Origin: Octopus bimaculoides
Lineage: Eukaryota
Reading direction: 5' to 3'
Assembly (NCBI RefSeq): GCF_001194135.2
Contig: NC_068989.1
Span: forward strand, 69,867,073 to 69,931,072
Length of the DNA stretch: 64,000 nucleotides
Under the pieces are notes generated by a model. That model was not told where the DNA came from and made no database searches. It saw only the letters and a list, made by a program, of their open reading frames with translations. This document shows, in pieces, positions 39,623 to 53,265 of this stretch (position 1 is the stretch's first letter; each line of letters starts with the position of its first letter). A program made the position numbers and the translations under genes.

Positions 39623-39844
39623 CTCTTTTGTTATATTTCTGTTGAAATACACAGGCTTTGTTTCAGTTAATTTTGAAAATAATGAAAAATCTATTAAAAT
39701 AATTTTGTCATTAGAAAGCTGGTGTTTGGGACATAAATTAATATGAAATATTATTAGTGGTTTTTTTAATTTTAGATCACTTTAACACAAGAAGTTTGTG
39801 TCATAGAACCAGGGACTTCCTCAGGCAAGTTGCTATTGAAAGGG
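39623..39844. mobile_element. piggyBac-type MITE family B
   Basis: ttaa|ctcttttgtta ... aaaggg|ttaa. Confidence 0.75.
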
Positions 39845-39948
39845 TTAATGACTGTAAAGCGCTTATATTTCTCAGTTTGATTATTTCATCCATCAATCCA
39901 AAAAAGTATGTATGTGTGTGTGTGCGCATATATATATATATATATTTA

Positions 39949-40820
39949 CAGGGTGCAATGGGTAAATTGTCGCCATTTTATACTTTTAATTTCGCGCATG
40001 CGCATTGTTTGTTTTTGATTTTGTTAATTACACAATATAGTAGGGTCAGTTGAGCACCAGCTGTGAGAAAAACAGCACCATGACACAATTCACTCTGCCA
40101 GAAATTTGGAAATGACATGCTGTACTGCTTGGCATTTGTGTTGGAAGCTCCAATACAAACATTTCAGTGTGTTTGGATGTCAATCTGAGGACATGTACTA
40201 AGACTGATAAAAATCAAACATCCAGTCAACATCATGGTGTTCAGAGTGATCACTAGTGATGACAACGTTATCCCTCCATTCATTTTCCCACATGGCCTCA
40301 CACTCAACACGGAGGCCTCTGTCAAGTGCCTGAAAGAGGTAGTGCTGCCCTGAGTCAAGAGGGTGGCTGCTGGAAAACCCTATGTCTGGCAACAGGACTC
40401 TGCATCATGCCACACAAGCAGGAGAACCCAGTCATGACTGTCAGGCAATTTCTGCGACCACATCACCCCTAACATCTGGCCACCGAACTCTCCAGACTGC
40501 AACCACCTTGATTATTATGTGTGTGACAGAGTTGAGTGAGAGACCAGCAAATCTCCTTCTAACACCAAAGATGAACTGAAGGCAAGGATTATGGCAGCGC
40601 TAACCAACTTAACAAGGAGACCATCCAGAAGAGTTGTAGGAGATTCTGAAGTCATCTGGAGGCCATTGTTGAAGCCAATGGCGATTTTATTGAATAAATT
40701 TACTCTTTAGTATTTCAAGATATTTTTATGTAATTGTGGTAAATATATCTGTGAAAATGAGATGTCAGTGTTATTTTTATTTTTGCATAATTTAGACAAC
40801 AGTTTATTCACCGCACCCTG
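39949..40820 (+). mobile_element. Internally deleted DD37D (maT) element, copy 2
   Basis: TA|CAGGGTGCAATGGGTAAA ... ccgcaccctg|TA. Relic translation WQQDSASCHTSRRTQS*LSGNFCDHITPNIWPPNSPDCNHLDYY has 37 residues between the second and third D. Confidence 0.9.
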
Positions 40821-41358
40821 TATATATTGCAGTAGGCAGCACGTCAGTCTCATAATCCAAAATATATAATAACCTCAAATTCAACAGATAAACTATTTAC
40901 GATACCAAGAGTACTGTTTTATTCTCTGTTTACTTTGACCTTTCTTTATATAACAACAGGCTCAATAAACACATTCTTTCAATAAAGAAAATGGTTAAAT
41001 TTCTTAGTAGTTAATATTATGTTACACTGTTTATTCTCTTTATTCAGTTTTACATAGAATCATTTTCCAAATAACAAGGTTCTAATAAAAGCAGTGAATA
41101 CTTTAGAAATGCTTCCAAATAAAAGTAGTGTGTGTGTGCATGCACGTGTGTGTATGTGTACGTGTGTGCATGCACATGTATGTATGCGCATGCATGTGCA
41201 TGCATGTGTTTGTTTTGTTATTTCCTTTTCTCTGTTTTATCACGTGCAAATGTTTTTATATTAATGTTTAATATACTTTACATGTGTATATGTCTAAACC
41301 ATTTTGCTAAACTCTCTTTTTTATTGTCTCTTTCCTTTCTTTTAATTGCTGACATTAG

Positions 41359-41482
41359 TGTAATGCTCGAAGGAATTCGAGACCAGCTCATTGTAACTAT
41401 TCAAAAGACATTCCAATATACCCAGTTGCAAGCAGAAAAACTTTTCATTGAACTCATGTTATGCGTAAAAAAAAAAGAATTG
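41359..41482 (+). CDS. TRPM: TRPM exon 5 of window ([19 protein letters not shown]...CVKKKEL)
   Basis: Acceptor cattag ending at 41358; donor TTG|gtatgt at 41483; 124 nt, phase 2 to 0. RDQLxVTIQKTF...CxKKKEL is as in TRPM1/3. Confidence 0.95.
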
Positions 41483-42711
41483 GTATGTATCAATATCTTA
41501 ATACGCATCTTTTATACAACTCTAGTACCTTACAGCTTCATCATCATCATCATTTCATCATCTCATTAATATGGATGACTGACTGCATCGAGTTTCCTTG
41601 ATTGTAACAATGCAAAGTAAATTTGAATTTGCAGTCCTTCTTTTTTTCCAATACAGTTCTCTGTTTCACATATTACAGCTCCTTTTTGTTTATTAATTCA
41701 CTCCTCATTTTAAACAGTGTCATCATTTTGTCAAGTATTTATCTAACCTATTAATGTTGTTGCTTTTTAGTGTAGTACTTCGTGGTTATATATTCCTTTT
41801 TAATCTAGGACTTCATGTTCATACACTTCTTTTTAGCATTGGTCATATACTCCTTTTCTTCTAATCTAGTTTAACAAAATAAATGCTGTTGTTTTACATT
41901 TTGAGCAGGAACACATACTCAAGTTTTGCACCTTATTATTAGCTAGCTTAATATATCTGTGATATGTTCCACTGTACATATAGATATTAGTAATCTCATC
42001 TAACTCTTCAATATAAAGCATTAAAACCATAAAACTCACATAATGCTGCAAAAATTTGTCTTTGTAGGTAAATATTTCAATGTATATATTTCTAGTTCTC
42101 AAAAATTCATGATTTCGTGAATATAAATAAACCATTATGTTTAAAATACTAACTGGGAAATTTAAAAGAGATTTGATTAGCAAAGATTGATTGTCTGAGA
42201 TCTGATACACAGAAGACAGATTAATAAGGTAACAGTTATCAATACAAAAGAAATGTGGTCTAAAGCTTGTGGTATGTCTTCCATTTGAATTTAATGCAGG
42301 TAGTGACATGGCTGTGTGGTTAAGAAGTTTATTACCCACCAACATGGTTTCTGATTCTATCTAACCCATGCAAGTATGAAAAAGTGGTTGTTAAAACAAT
42401 GATGATGATGATAATAATAATAATCCTTTCTACTAAAGGCACAATGTATGTGTCTTGCTTGTTTTCTGGTAAGCTGCAATTCAGTGTGGTGGAGATGACT
42501 CCATCAAAGCACTGATGTTAAAACACCTGAATGTCATAGACCGGCAAGACAACTCACCCCAAATCCTATTCAGAAGTGATGGACATCAATGTTTTGCCAT
42601 TTTTGTAGCTTATCAACATCACATACCTGAATTGAACTGGAGGCAAACTGAATCACCAATCCATGACTATATACAAGTAGTGTAAAAACCATGGTTCTAA
42701 TTCATATTTCA

Positions 42712-42742
<31 letters not shown>

Positions 42743-43036
42743 NNNNNNNNNNNNNNNNNNNNNNNNNNNNNNNNNNNNNNNNNNNNNNNNNNNNNNNNNN
42801 NNNNNNNNNNNNNNNNNNNNNNNNNNNNNNNNNNNNNNNNNNNNNNNNNNNNNNNNNNNNNNNNNNNNNNNNNNNNNNNNNNNNNNNNNNNNNNNNNNNN
42901 NNNNNNNNNNNNNNNNNNNNNNNNNNNNNNNNNNNNNNNNNNNNNNNNNNNNNNNNNNNNNNNNNNNNNNNNNNNNNNNNNNNNNNNNNNNNNNNNNNNN
43001 NNNNNNNNNNNNNNNNNNNNNNNNNNNNNNNNNNNN
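42743..43036. other. Assembly gap
   Basis: N run between (TA)n and (CT)n. Confidence 1.
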
Positions 43037-43078
<42 letters not shown>

Positions 43079-45477
43079 AATATATAGGAATACCAAATAG
43101 TATGAGATATAGGAAGTGATGGGAAAGTAGAATGCTAGACCAGATGAGTTCTTGACCAGCTGTTTTGGGCTTGAATTGGTATTGGCTTTACTTTTGAACT
43201 CCCTAAAAATTTTCTAAAATATGTACCAGTAATATTGTCAGCGATTCAGTCAACTAGATTTACTTACAAAATGACGTTTTTGTGCATTAACCAAAGTAAA
43301 TTTTCACCTAATAGAATGATTTAAATTAAAAAAAAAAAGATCTCCAATGATAAATGATTCTCTGTAGCATAATTATATCTTTTGGGTAAAGAAAAAAAAA
43401 ACTTCTGAAAAAGAAATACATAACCATTTTCTATAATGTAGCAAAAAAGAAAAAAGGGAAAAAACTAATTTCTCATGTAATCCAACTGTCAAAACAATAT
43501 CTGGATCATTTCTTTAGAGAATTAATGTAAAAAACATCCGTTTTCTTTTCTCGTTTAACCAACGACAAGCAAACAGAATGTCTAATAATTTATGTAAAAT
43601 CAACAGATATGCTTCAATTGATTTCCTATAATAAGTTTTTTCTTCCTTTATATAATAGAAGTTTCTTTCAGTCATTTTAGATGTGAAGGAGAACTTGCCT
43701 TTTTCCATTACATAGTGTGTAGGAAGGATCATAATTTGAATATGTAACAATAGTTCTTTTGCAGTAGTATTCCTACCATTTTTCTCTTCTTTTCTTTGTG
43801 AATTTTTTTAGCACATAGTTTTTTCCTTCTCTATTTTTTTCTTTTTCATTTTTTTTTTCGTCTCTAAAATGATTTAACTTTATTTTATTTTCTCTAACTG
43901 CCTGCCAATAAGTAGAAATAATCTCACAGAAAGCCAAATATCTTTTCTTTTTTCCTCCCTACCCGATTTTGATTTCAAATTGTAATCATTTAATTATCAC
44001 CTACATTCCTAATACATTTAAGAAAGGCATGAACATCAAGTGATCTTGTTTTCTCCCTTGCAATAAATTTAAGATTTAATAATGCCCAATGTGAACTAGA
44101 AAATCATTGATGCTTGTACAGAAATAAAACAAATAAACTGACTTATCTGCTACTGATCAATGAATCAAGGGGCGTAACTCTCAATTGAAGTTAATTTTTG
44201 AAGTTCAGTTTTCCTGGTGTATAAATAAGAAATTTTTGGCATTCTTAGATTTAGTTTTGACCTTTAGGATTTTGGTGTAGGTACAAGTCTTGTATAGTTC
44301 AAGGTTTACTGTTTAAATGATCCTTCTCTTCCTTTTACTTAGTACTCCATTGTCCATAAAGATGCACTTAATTTCAATTATATTAGCATGAATTTCCATG
44401 AGTAATGAAGATATTTCGTCCAAGCACAGTAGTGGTGTTATAAAAACACATTAAACCTAACCCTTTTCTATGTTGTTTACAAAAAAAGAACTGAAACGGC
44501 AACCAATGACATTTACCTCTGGAAATTTATCCCTACCTTCTCCAACTTATTCTGTGAAAGTGTGAAGTAGTCAATGTCTTTTTTTTTTTTCGTATATTTT
44601 GTTAGGGTCCAATCATGTATTTATTTTAACAAGCCATTTTTCCTAAGAGGTTCACTTTGCAAGCATACGTTTCTAAGTTCAATTTCACTACATGGCACCT
44701 TGAGCAAATGCCTTTTCCTTTAACCTCAAGTTGACTAGCATCTTTTGATTTGAATTTGGTAGACAATAAATGCAGAAGACTGGGGGTGGGGGCAAACAGC
44801 TACCTTTCGTTATACTAGCAAGAAGGATTCCAATTATAGCCTTTCAAAAACGAAATTTTGCCCTTTATGAAATTGGGATTGATAAAGTTCTTACCACACT
44901 GAAATACATATTAGGGTCAGCTTAAGTCATTTACAATAGTACTCCAGCCTGTTTGTAGACCATTGATTGATTAATAAAATAGTGGAAGATGTGTGTATGT
45001 GTAATATATGGAAGCAGAGAAGACTGGAAAATATGAAATATGTATACATTCTGACTTGTGCCAATAGGTCAGTAACATATATACGAGAGATATATAGCAT
45101 ATATATACCAGAGATATATACAAAGCCTTGCTGACAAAAAAAAATATCTTTGATGGTTGTATAAAAAGAGTAAATTCACATGTATAAAAATTGACAGCAA
45201 ACTTTTAAATATTTACAAAACTAATTTATGTTAAACCATATTCTAAACATGAAACTAGTATATTAATTGTAACCATATTTTAATAATTTTATTTCTAATT
45301 ACTTCAGAAAATTGTTTAGAAAATGTATGTATATAAATAAAAAGTTATGCACATAATTTTCATTTTTTTATAGTTTTCACATATGTATAAAATTTTTAGA
45401 GGATTAGTTTTTCTTAATATGTTAAAAGGTGTATCCGTATTAAGCAGATTTCTTTTATTATTCTTTTTAAATAAAGT

Positions 45478-45517
<40 letters not shown>

Positions 45518-46076
45518 TGTATTTGCTTATGTGTTTAAGAGCATAAATAAACAAGTACATACACATTATCAATCAGACAGACATGCACAAATATATGTAG
45601 CATTTGCTTATGTATTTAAGAATCTGTGGAGGAGTATAACCTTGTGAAGGTGTATGATCTTGTACTCATGATCATAAGATCATAGTTTCAATTCCTGCTT
45701 ATTGTCTAAATCCCATATACTGCATTAATATTGCTCGCACTTTCCATTGCGTTGTTGCCTTTATTGAACTCATAAAGCAAAATAGGCCAAATATGCTCCT
45801 TTGTCACTTCCATTATCGGTTTGAAAAAATAACTGTTAAAATCGAACTGCACTCTTTAAAACTTGCACTAAGAATAAGGGTTATGGCTGGTCATAGAGTA
45901 ACCATTGGTTTCACACCTATAAAGCACTTAGTAATATTGGCGACTAATGTATGTGTGTGTGTACATTTCCCTAATACTATATATTAATATATTTTATACT
46001 GTGAAGCTTAATTTAATTTTAATTTTTAATAAATTGATTTTAATTGAGTTTTTACCTGTAATTTTGGATTTTATCC

Positions 46077-46153
<77 letters not shown>

Positions 46154-46904
46154 GTATGTACGTACGTATGGTAGGCTGGAGAGGAATACATTTAAATATC
46201 AATTCATAAAAACTAGGCAATAAAATTTTTCATTCATTACACACTGTTAACACTGAATAGTTTTATTCCAATAGTGTGCACACATTAAGGATAGTAACGT
46301 ATGTGTGGACAGACAGAAATTAAACTTCATCTCTAAAATTCTAATAATAATAATAATACAGCAACAAATAATAATGATAATAATTTCCTTATTTTTCCCC
46401 ATTCTGGCATGGATTGGATAATTGATCCAACCAAAATTTTCTCCAGCAGTTCCACCCCACCTTTTTAATATGATATATTAGTTTTCCTCCTTGCAAAACC
46501 ATAATTACAGATCAATATTAGTTTCTTCCTCTTCTCTGTCATCATTGTTGTCATCGTCGTCATCACCATCATCATCATCATCTCTTTTGTTGCATAATAC
46601 TCTGAATCACTCTTTTATGTTATGCAATCTGCCTGTTTCCTTTTTTAATTCTAATTTTTATTTCATTTATATTAAAAATATAGCATCGCATAAAAGAGAT
46701 CCTTATTTCATAATGGAATTTTTATTTTTTTCTGTGTTCTTATGTCTGGTGTTAATAAAAGCTTCAGTAAACATGAAAGTTAAACTTTTCATGATAAATT
46801 CCTGTAGTCTTTTTATAGAACATTAACTTCTAAGAAGAGATAACCTTGAAATTTTGATAGAATTTATCAGAGAAACTAATTTCCATACATACATACATAT
46901 GAGA

Positions 46905-47069
46905 TGGAGAGACAGCCATGTAGTTAAGAAGTTTGTTTCTCAACTGCATGGTTTCAGGTTCAGTCTCACTTAGGCAGCACTTTGGGTATGACATCTGTCA
47001 TAGCCTCTATTGAACTAAAGCCTTGAAAATGTATCTACTTGATGGAAGCTGAAAGAAACCCACCATATA
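46905..47069 (+). mobile_element. SINE family 1 head, interrupted by a Helitron
   Basis: cagccatgtagttaagaagtttgtttctc...ggttcagtctcac...ctgaaagaaacccaccatata, then Helitron 5' TC. Confidence 0.7.
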
Positions 47070-47123
47070 TCTATATATATAAAAATGAGAATGTGTGTCT
47101 GTCGGTCTGTTTTTCTGTCTGTT

Positions 47124-47154
<31 letters not shown>

Positions 47155-48402
47155 GTGAATCCCTAAAACTCGAGAACTACGCAACCAATTTCATTCAAAT
47201 TTTACACATGCCTTACTTAGGGTTCCAGTTGTGTTTTAGTCAAAAAAAAATATTAACTTCTTGCAGAGTTCGAGCACACGGCAACATAATATCTCCTCCA
47301 CTATTTAAGTATTACGTGTCAAAAGTGAAACAAAAACACTCATGTCAAATACTTTCACTTAAAAAATGAAACTATTCCACTAACTGAAACAATCACATTT
47401 CGATACTGTAGTGACAGATACTTTCACAGAGAGAGAAAGAGAGAGAGAGAGAGATGTATATGTATACATATACATGTATATGTACACCATTTCNNNNNNN
47501 NNNNNNNNNNNNNNNNNNNNNNNNNNNNNNNNNNNNNNNNNNNNNNNNNNNNNNNNNNNNNNNNNNNNNNNNNNNNNNNNNNNNNNNNNNNNNNNNNNNN
47601 NNNNNNNNNNNNNNNNNNNNNNNNNNNNNNNNNNNNNNNNNNNNNNNNNNNNNNNNNNNNNNNNNNNNNNNNNNNNNNNNNNNNNNNNNNNNNNNNNNNN
47701 NNNNNNNNNNNNNNNNNNNNNNNNNNNNNNNNNNNNNNNNNNNNNNNNNNNNNNNNNNNNNNNNNNNNNNNNNNNNNNNNNNNNNNNNNNNNNNNNNNNN
47801 NNNNNNNNNNNNNNNNNNNNNNNNNNNNNNNNNNNNNNNNNNNNNNNNNNNNNNNNNNNNNNNNNNNNNNNNNNNNNNNNNNNNNNNNNNNNNNNNNNNN
47901 NNNNNNNNNNNNNNNNNNNNNNNNNNNNNNNNNNNNNNNNNNNNNNNNNNNNNNNNNNNNNNNNNNNNNNNNNNNNNNNNNNNNNNNNNNNNNNNNNNNN
48001 NNNNNNNNNNNNNNNNNNNNNNNNNNNNNNNNNNNNNNNNNNNNNNNNNNNNNNNNNNNNNNNNNNNNNNNNNNNNNNNNNNNNNNNNNNNNNNNNNNNN
48101 NNNNNNNNNNNNNNNNNNNNNNNNNNNNNNNNNNNNNNNNNNNNNNNNNNNNNNNNNNNNNNNNNNNNNNNNNNNNNNNNNNGGTGTTATAATCACAACA
48201 GCAAGAAAGTATGTACATGATCACCTTCTTTTACGAAACTTCATTGACTTTCATATATTTATATTGATATACATATATATACGTGTGTTTGGGTGCGTGT
48301 GTGTATATACACCTCTATATATAAAGATGATGCGTAGTCTAGACGGCGTTTTTAGATTTCATTATTCTCTTTAACCCGGGCAACGCCGGGTATTTCTGCT
48401 AG
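47070..48402 (+). mobile_element. Non-autonomous Helitron (contains an assembly gap)
   Basis: 5' A|TCTATATATATAAAAATGAG; internal (GTCT)n; 3' hairpin ACCCGG-gcaacg-CCGGGT (48374-48391), 7 nt, then CTAG|T. Both ends belonging to one element across the gap is assumed. Confidence 0.82.
47494..48182. other. Assembly gap
   Basis: N run. Confidence 1.
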
Positions 48403-48457
<55 letters not shown>

Positions 48458-48823
48458 GTATGTGCAGTTGTGTATATTTTGAAATATCAGCTCATGAAAT
48501 TTTGATGGAAGGTTTTAATTTAGTTTACTTTAAAACAGGTTGTTTGTGTCATAGAACAAGAGGCAGTCTTAAGTAGATTGGTATCAAAAGTGTTAAAGTT
48601 TTCCATGATTTTGTGGAAATTATACCCAAGCAAAACTAATATGATAACTTCTACATAAGCCATTAGAACTGAACACTGTAAAATCCAAAGCACTTTCAAA
48701 TATATCTCTTTAATGTCTCTGAAAGAAAATCCCATATGCAAAGAACAGTTTTATACCTTGACCACAGCTAGCAATATATGTATTTCTTTTTATAATGAAT
48801 GTGTTCCTTTTTTTCTGTTGCAG

Positions 48824-48887
48824 ATTACAGTTTTCAGATTAGGAGAGGCAGACATGGATTTAGCTATTTTGACTGCATTATTAAAGG
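48824..48887 (+). CDS. TRPM: TRPM exon 6 of window (ITVFRLGEADMDLAILTALLK)
   Basis: Pyrimidine tract plus ttgcag acceptor ending at 48823; donor G|gtatgt at 48888; 64 nt, phase 0 to 1. ITVF...DLAILTALLK motif. Confidence 0.96.
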
Positions 48888-49179
48888 GTATGTTGACACT
48901 TCTTTCCTTTCATACTTACTTGTTTTGTTTTAGTTGTGTTGTCTTTTTCTGTGGCGGGGAGGACAGCATCTCCTCTTCTCTCAGAGACAATTTGGTTGCA
49001 TTGAGTTCTTTGTTGTTGACAATTTCTTTATTTCTTTTGAATGTCTTTCTGACCAATGGAGATTTCATAACTATTTCATATTGTTGTTGCTGTTGTTATT
49101 GCAGTCTTTTGTTTCATATCTTCTAAGTAAAAGTTTTATTTGTTTTGTAATAATTTAGATTTTTTATATTTGATGTAAT

Positions 49180-49365
49180 TAGTTATATATTATATAATCA
49201 TATATTATAATCATATATTATATAATCATATAATATATGTATCTGATATAGTTTATATATTATCATAATTACATAGTTTATAATATATTACTATATGATA
49301 TAATTTATATATTATCATAGTTATATAGTTTATAATATACTACTATATGATATAATTTATATGTT
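49180..49365. repeat. AT-rich minisatellite (15-bp unit x3, then 52-bp unit x2)
   Basis: atatattataatcat tandems; atattatcata(a/g)tta(c/t)atagtttataatata(t/c)tactatatgatataatttat at about 49258 and 49310. Confidence 0.7.
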
Positions 49366-49619
49366 ATTATTGTGTCATATAATTTGTTATATATCATTAT
49401 AATACTGCGATAAATTTCTTGTGTATTATTTGATATAAAACTATGTTCAAAACTGTTAAAAGATGGACTAGTCAGTTAGAAGTTAATTTTTCCAGTAATT
49501 TTAATCATGAATGTAGAAATGAAGTGAGTGTATATGCATGTGTGTGTATGTGTGTGTGTGTGTGTGCATGCATGCATGCATGTGCACTAACCAAGCATTT
49601 TAGAAATTATTATTATCTT

Positions 49620-49820
49620 TAAGCCAGCAAGCTGGCACAATCGTTTGCACACCAGATGAAATGCTGCTAAGCATTCTGAGTTCAAACTCTGCCATGGTCA
49701 ACTTTACCTTTCATCCTTTCAGGGTCAATAAAATAAGTACCAGTCAGGCACTGGGGTCAATAAAATCAACTTACCCACTTTCTCCAAAATTGCTGGCCTT
49801 GTGTCAGAATTTGAAACCAT
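49620..49820 (+). mobile_element. SINE family 2
   Basis: aagccagcaagctggcacaatcgttt...gagttcaaactctgcc...aagtaccagtc...ggccttgtgtc. Confidence 0.8.
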
Positions 49821-49897
49821 CATTAATTTGAAGATGTCAAGCTGGCAGAATCATTAGAACCTAAGAAAAAGCACTTTGTAGTGTTATTTCTGGCTCT

Positions 49898-50240
49898 TTA
49901 CATTTTGATTTTAGATTTTAGTATTTTGTCAGATTGTGATACTCCTAGATACTTATAACTCTCTCCTTCTTTCAATGATTTTAATGTTTGGCCATCTGGT
50001 AATTGTATGCCTTCACTGTTAACTACCTGTCCCCTTCTCATGACTAATATTGCACACTTATCTATGCCAAATTCCATGCCTATGTCTTTGCTGAAGAGTC
50101 TTACAGTCTGTATTAAGGATTCTATCTCTTTTTTTTTCATTCTTACTAAAAAGCTTCATATATATCATCCATGTAGAGCAAATGGTTAATTTTTCTCTTA
50201 CTATTTCTGAACTGATACCCTGCCTTTACTAAACAGAAGG
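49898..50240 (-). pseudogene. Non-LTR retrotransposon RT fragment, R4/Dong-like clade
   Basis: Minus strand gives GYQFRNSKRKINHLLYMDDI, then (frameshifts) KLFSKNE...EIESLIQTVRLFSKDIGMEFGIDKCA...YKYLG. YMDD catalytic motif present. Confidence 0.85.
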
Positions 50241-51989
50241 GGATCAAACATTGGTGAGCTGGGCAGACGAAATACCGTTAAGCATTTCGCCTGGCATGCT
50301 AACGTTTCTGCCAGCTCGCCGCCTGATGTGCTAACAGTTCTGTAATAAGGTAGAGAAGAGGCAGGGAATCTCCTTATTCAAAAATAACTGAATAGTTGAA
50401 GATTTTGCTTCAGAGTGACATGAAATGGCCTATGGTTCAATAAAATCTATTATATTAAAGTGCTAATGATAGGTTTCTGTGGTGATAAACAATCTATCAT
50501 GTTAACCTGTCATGCTGTGCAAAGGGGATGGTAAAAGTATGTGTGAAAGAGAGAGAGATTCCAATTAATGCTACTGGCATACACTCACTCACACCTCTCT
50601 ATATATATCTATCTAACTAGCTGTCTGTCTATGTATCTGTCTTCTGTTACATTGGTTTCAAATTTTGGCACAAGACCAGCAATTTTGAGGTAGGCAGCAA
50701 GTCGATTACATCGACCTCAGTGCTCAACTGATACTTATTTTATCAACCCCAAAAGATTGAAAGGCCAAGTTGACCTTGGCAGAATTATCTTCTATTATAT
50801 TAAAGCGTTAATGGATAACAGTGTGTGCATGATGGAGAAGGAGAAATAGAGAGAGAGAGTAAAATAAATGTCACTGGCTCATCCACACACTCACACACAT
50901 ACAAACACTAGGTGCTTGTTTCTAATTAAACCATGGAGTATCCAAGGGTCAACTGGTTATATGTGATAACATTAGCATGAGCCTCAAAATTTAAACACAG
51001 TCCTGTTGTTATTTGTTTTTCTTCTTTTTTTTATGAGTTGCTTCTAAAGGTAGATGTTCCTCCTTATATTAGCCATTCGATATTTGGATTTAACTGAACT
51101 GAATTATCATCTTATTTTCTGCTCAATTTAAATAGGAATTGATCTATTGTTCCTGACAAATTTACTTACTGGAAACAATATTGACTGCGTAGAAATTCAT
51201 ATGCCGACCTACAGCAGCCGACTTCCACAGTGCAGTACCCAGTTTGCGATTAATCAAGCACCCATATTTATTGGCAGTTTTAGAAGATTAATCATTAAAA
51301 TTACAATTGATTGGATTAAGGACAGTGATGTAAAATCAGTAATGGAATTTGAGTTACTTTTTAGATTTATGAAATATATTTGATTTATGAAAAAAAATTT
51401 TTACATAACATTGTTTTTGGATCAATATTGATAATTCACAAAACAACTGTGTGTGTATGCCCTTGTTTTTGTGGAACAATTGTTAAAACCAAAACATACA
51501 TACATACATATATATAAATGATGATGCTGATATAATTCAGTATATATCGATATAATTATATATGAGGATGATATGTTTGTCTCTCTACACATGGACATTA
51601 TCATTTTCATCTTTTAAACTTCATGTTCCATGATAGTATGAGTTGCATAGTTTGACAGGATTTCATGGGTCTGAGGACTCTACCGTTTGTGCTCCACCGT
51701 TTGCGTTGGTATGGTTTCTACTGTTGGATACCCTTCCTAATATTTCACATAGTGTACTGAATGCTTTTTTCATGGTACCAGCACTGGTGAGGTTACCATA
51801 AAGCTTGCATGACTATAAGTCTCAAAAGAGGCAGCTTTATACTAAGAGATGAAAGGTTGAATTATAAGAGAAGGGACCTGAGCAGAACAGGTTTATTAAT
51901 GCTAAGGAGTTGTATAAAGAAAGAATAGAAGTAACCAGGTGGGAAGAGAATGAAAGAAAGTGGGGACACAGATATGGCCATGGGATAAA

Positions 51990-52390
51990 GTTCACTTCCC
52001 AGTTTAATGGTCTTGTGTTCAGTCCTATAGCATGGCATTTTAGACAAACATCTACTAAAGCCCTATTTTGTACAAAGTCTTGTGAATTGAGTTGGTAAAC
52101 AGAAACTGAATGAATATGTGTGTGTGTGTGTGTTTGTATGCTTCTACTTCCTTGTCTTGACAACACACGATGGTTGTATACGATTGTCACCATCATGTAA
52201 ATGGTGTTATTTGTGTCCAGTCTTCTATGAAAGTATGTCTGGTCATGTGGAAATATTACCTTTCTTAGAAACAAGTGACGTTTGGCAACTAGAAGGGCAA
52301 CCGACCATAGACAACTACCTCCACAAATTCTCTTTGAACTGTGCCAGCATGGAAAAGTGGACATTCAGTGATGATGATGATGATGATGTG
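51990..52390 (+). mobile_element. SINE family 1, tail type B
   Basis: Degenerate head, ggtcatgtggaaatattacc module, ccagcatggaaaagtggac...gatgatgatg tail. Confidence 0.75.
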
Positions 52391-52879
52391 TGTGTGTGTA
52401 TAAAATACACACACACAGTGAAAGAGAGAGATGAGTAGATAGATAGGTAGGTATAAAATGCTTGAAGCACCTATACGAAAAGGAAATGTTAGTTTAAAAG
52501 AAAAGTGGGTAGGTAAAGCAGAAAAGTGTAGTCATTCATGTTGTAGAACTATGAGTCATTAGAATAACGATGGCAATGCTGTGTATAGTTTTAACAAGAA
52601 TTGCCTCTGGTTGTCTTTTCATTCATTTTGAATGACATGTTCTTATGGTCACTTAAGTAACAACATTAAATGGAATGGAAGAAAAGAAGGAATGGTCACA
52701 GGTACTTAAAGCCATGCAATAATAGAAAAGAAAGATAGGAACATCATAAGTGACTGAAGTGTTAATATAGATTTCTGACAAAGCAAATCAAAAGAAACGC
52801 ATTATTGAATTAATAGTGTCTGTCTTAGGTACAGGAATTTGTTTTTTTAAAAGAAATGTACTGTGTCTGAATTTCATCA

Positions 52880-53265
52880 TCATCATCATCCACTTTTCTA
52901 TGCTTGCATAAGTGGGATACAATTGGCTGAGATAAATTTTCTATGACCAAATACTCTTTTTATCACCAACCCTCACTTTTTTAAAGAAAGGTAATGTTTC
53001 CCCATGGCCAGACAATGTTTTCACAGAAAATTGGAAATGAATGACACTACTTATATGACAGTGACACTTGTTTACAACTATCACATGATGTCAAGGCAAA
53101 GAAACACACTCACGATGGGCTTCCTTCAGTTTCTGTCTACCAGATCCACTTACAGGACTTTGGTACACCCTGGAAGTATACTAGAAGATACTTATTTATG
53201 CCAGGTGTCACACAGTGGGACTGAACCCAAAACCATGTGGTAGGGAAGCAAACTTGCCAGCTACA
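52880..53265 (-). mobile_element. SINE family 1, tail type B
   Basis: catcatcatc tail, ggtaatgtttccccatggccagac module, cacagtgggactgaacccaaaaccatgtgg head. Confidence 0.8.

Noticed and set aside
33515-48374. Long ORFs containing X runs (e.g. 186, 172, 269 and 306 aa)
   Set aside because: They read through N gaps and are artefacts.
48824-48842. Tandem internal AG acceptors in exon 6 (ending 48830, 48837, 48842)
   Set aside because: All are out of frame (+7, +14, +19) and are explained by the conserved ITVFRL codons.
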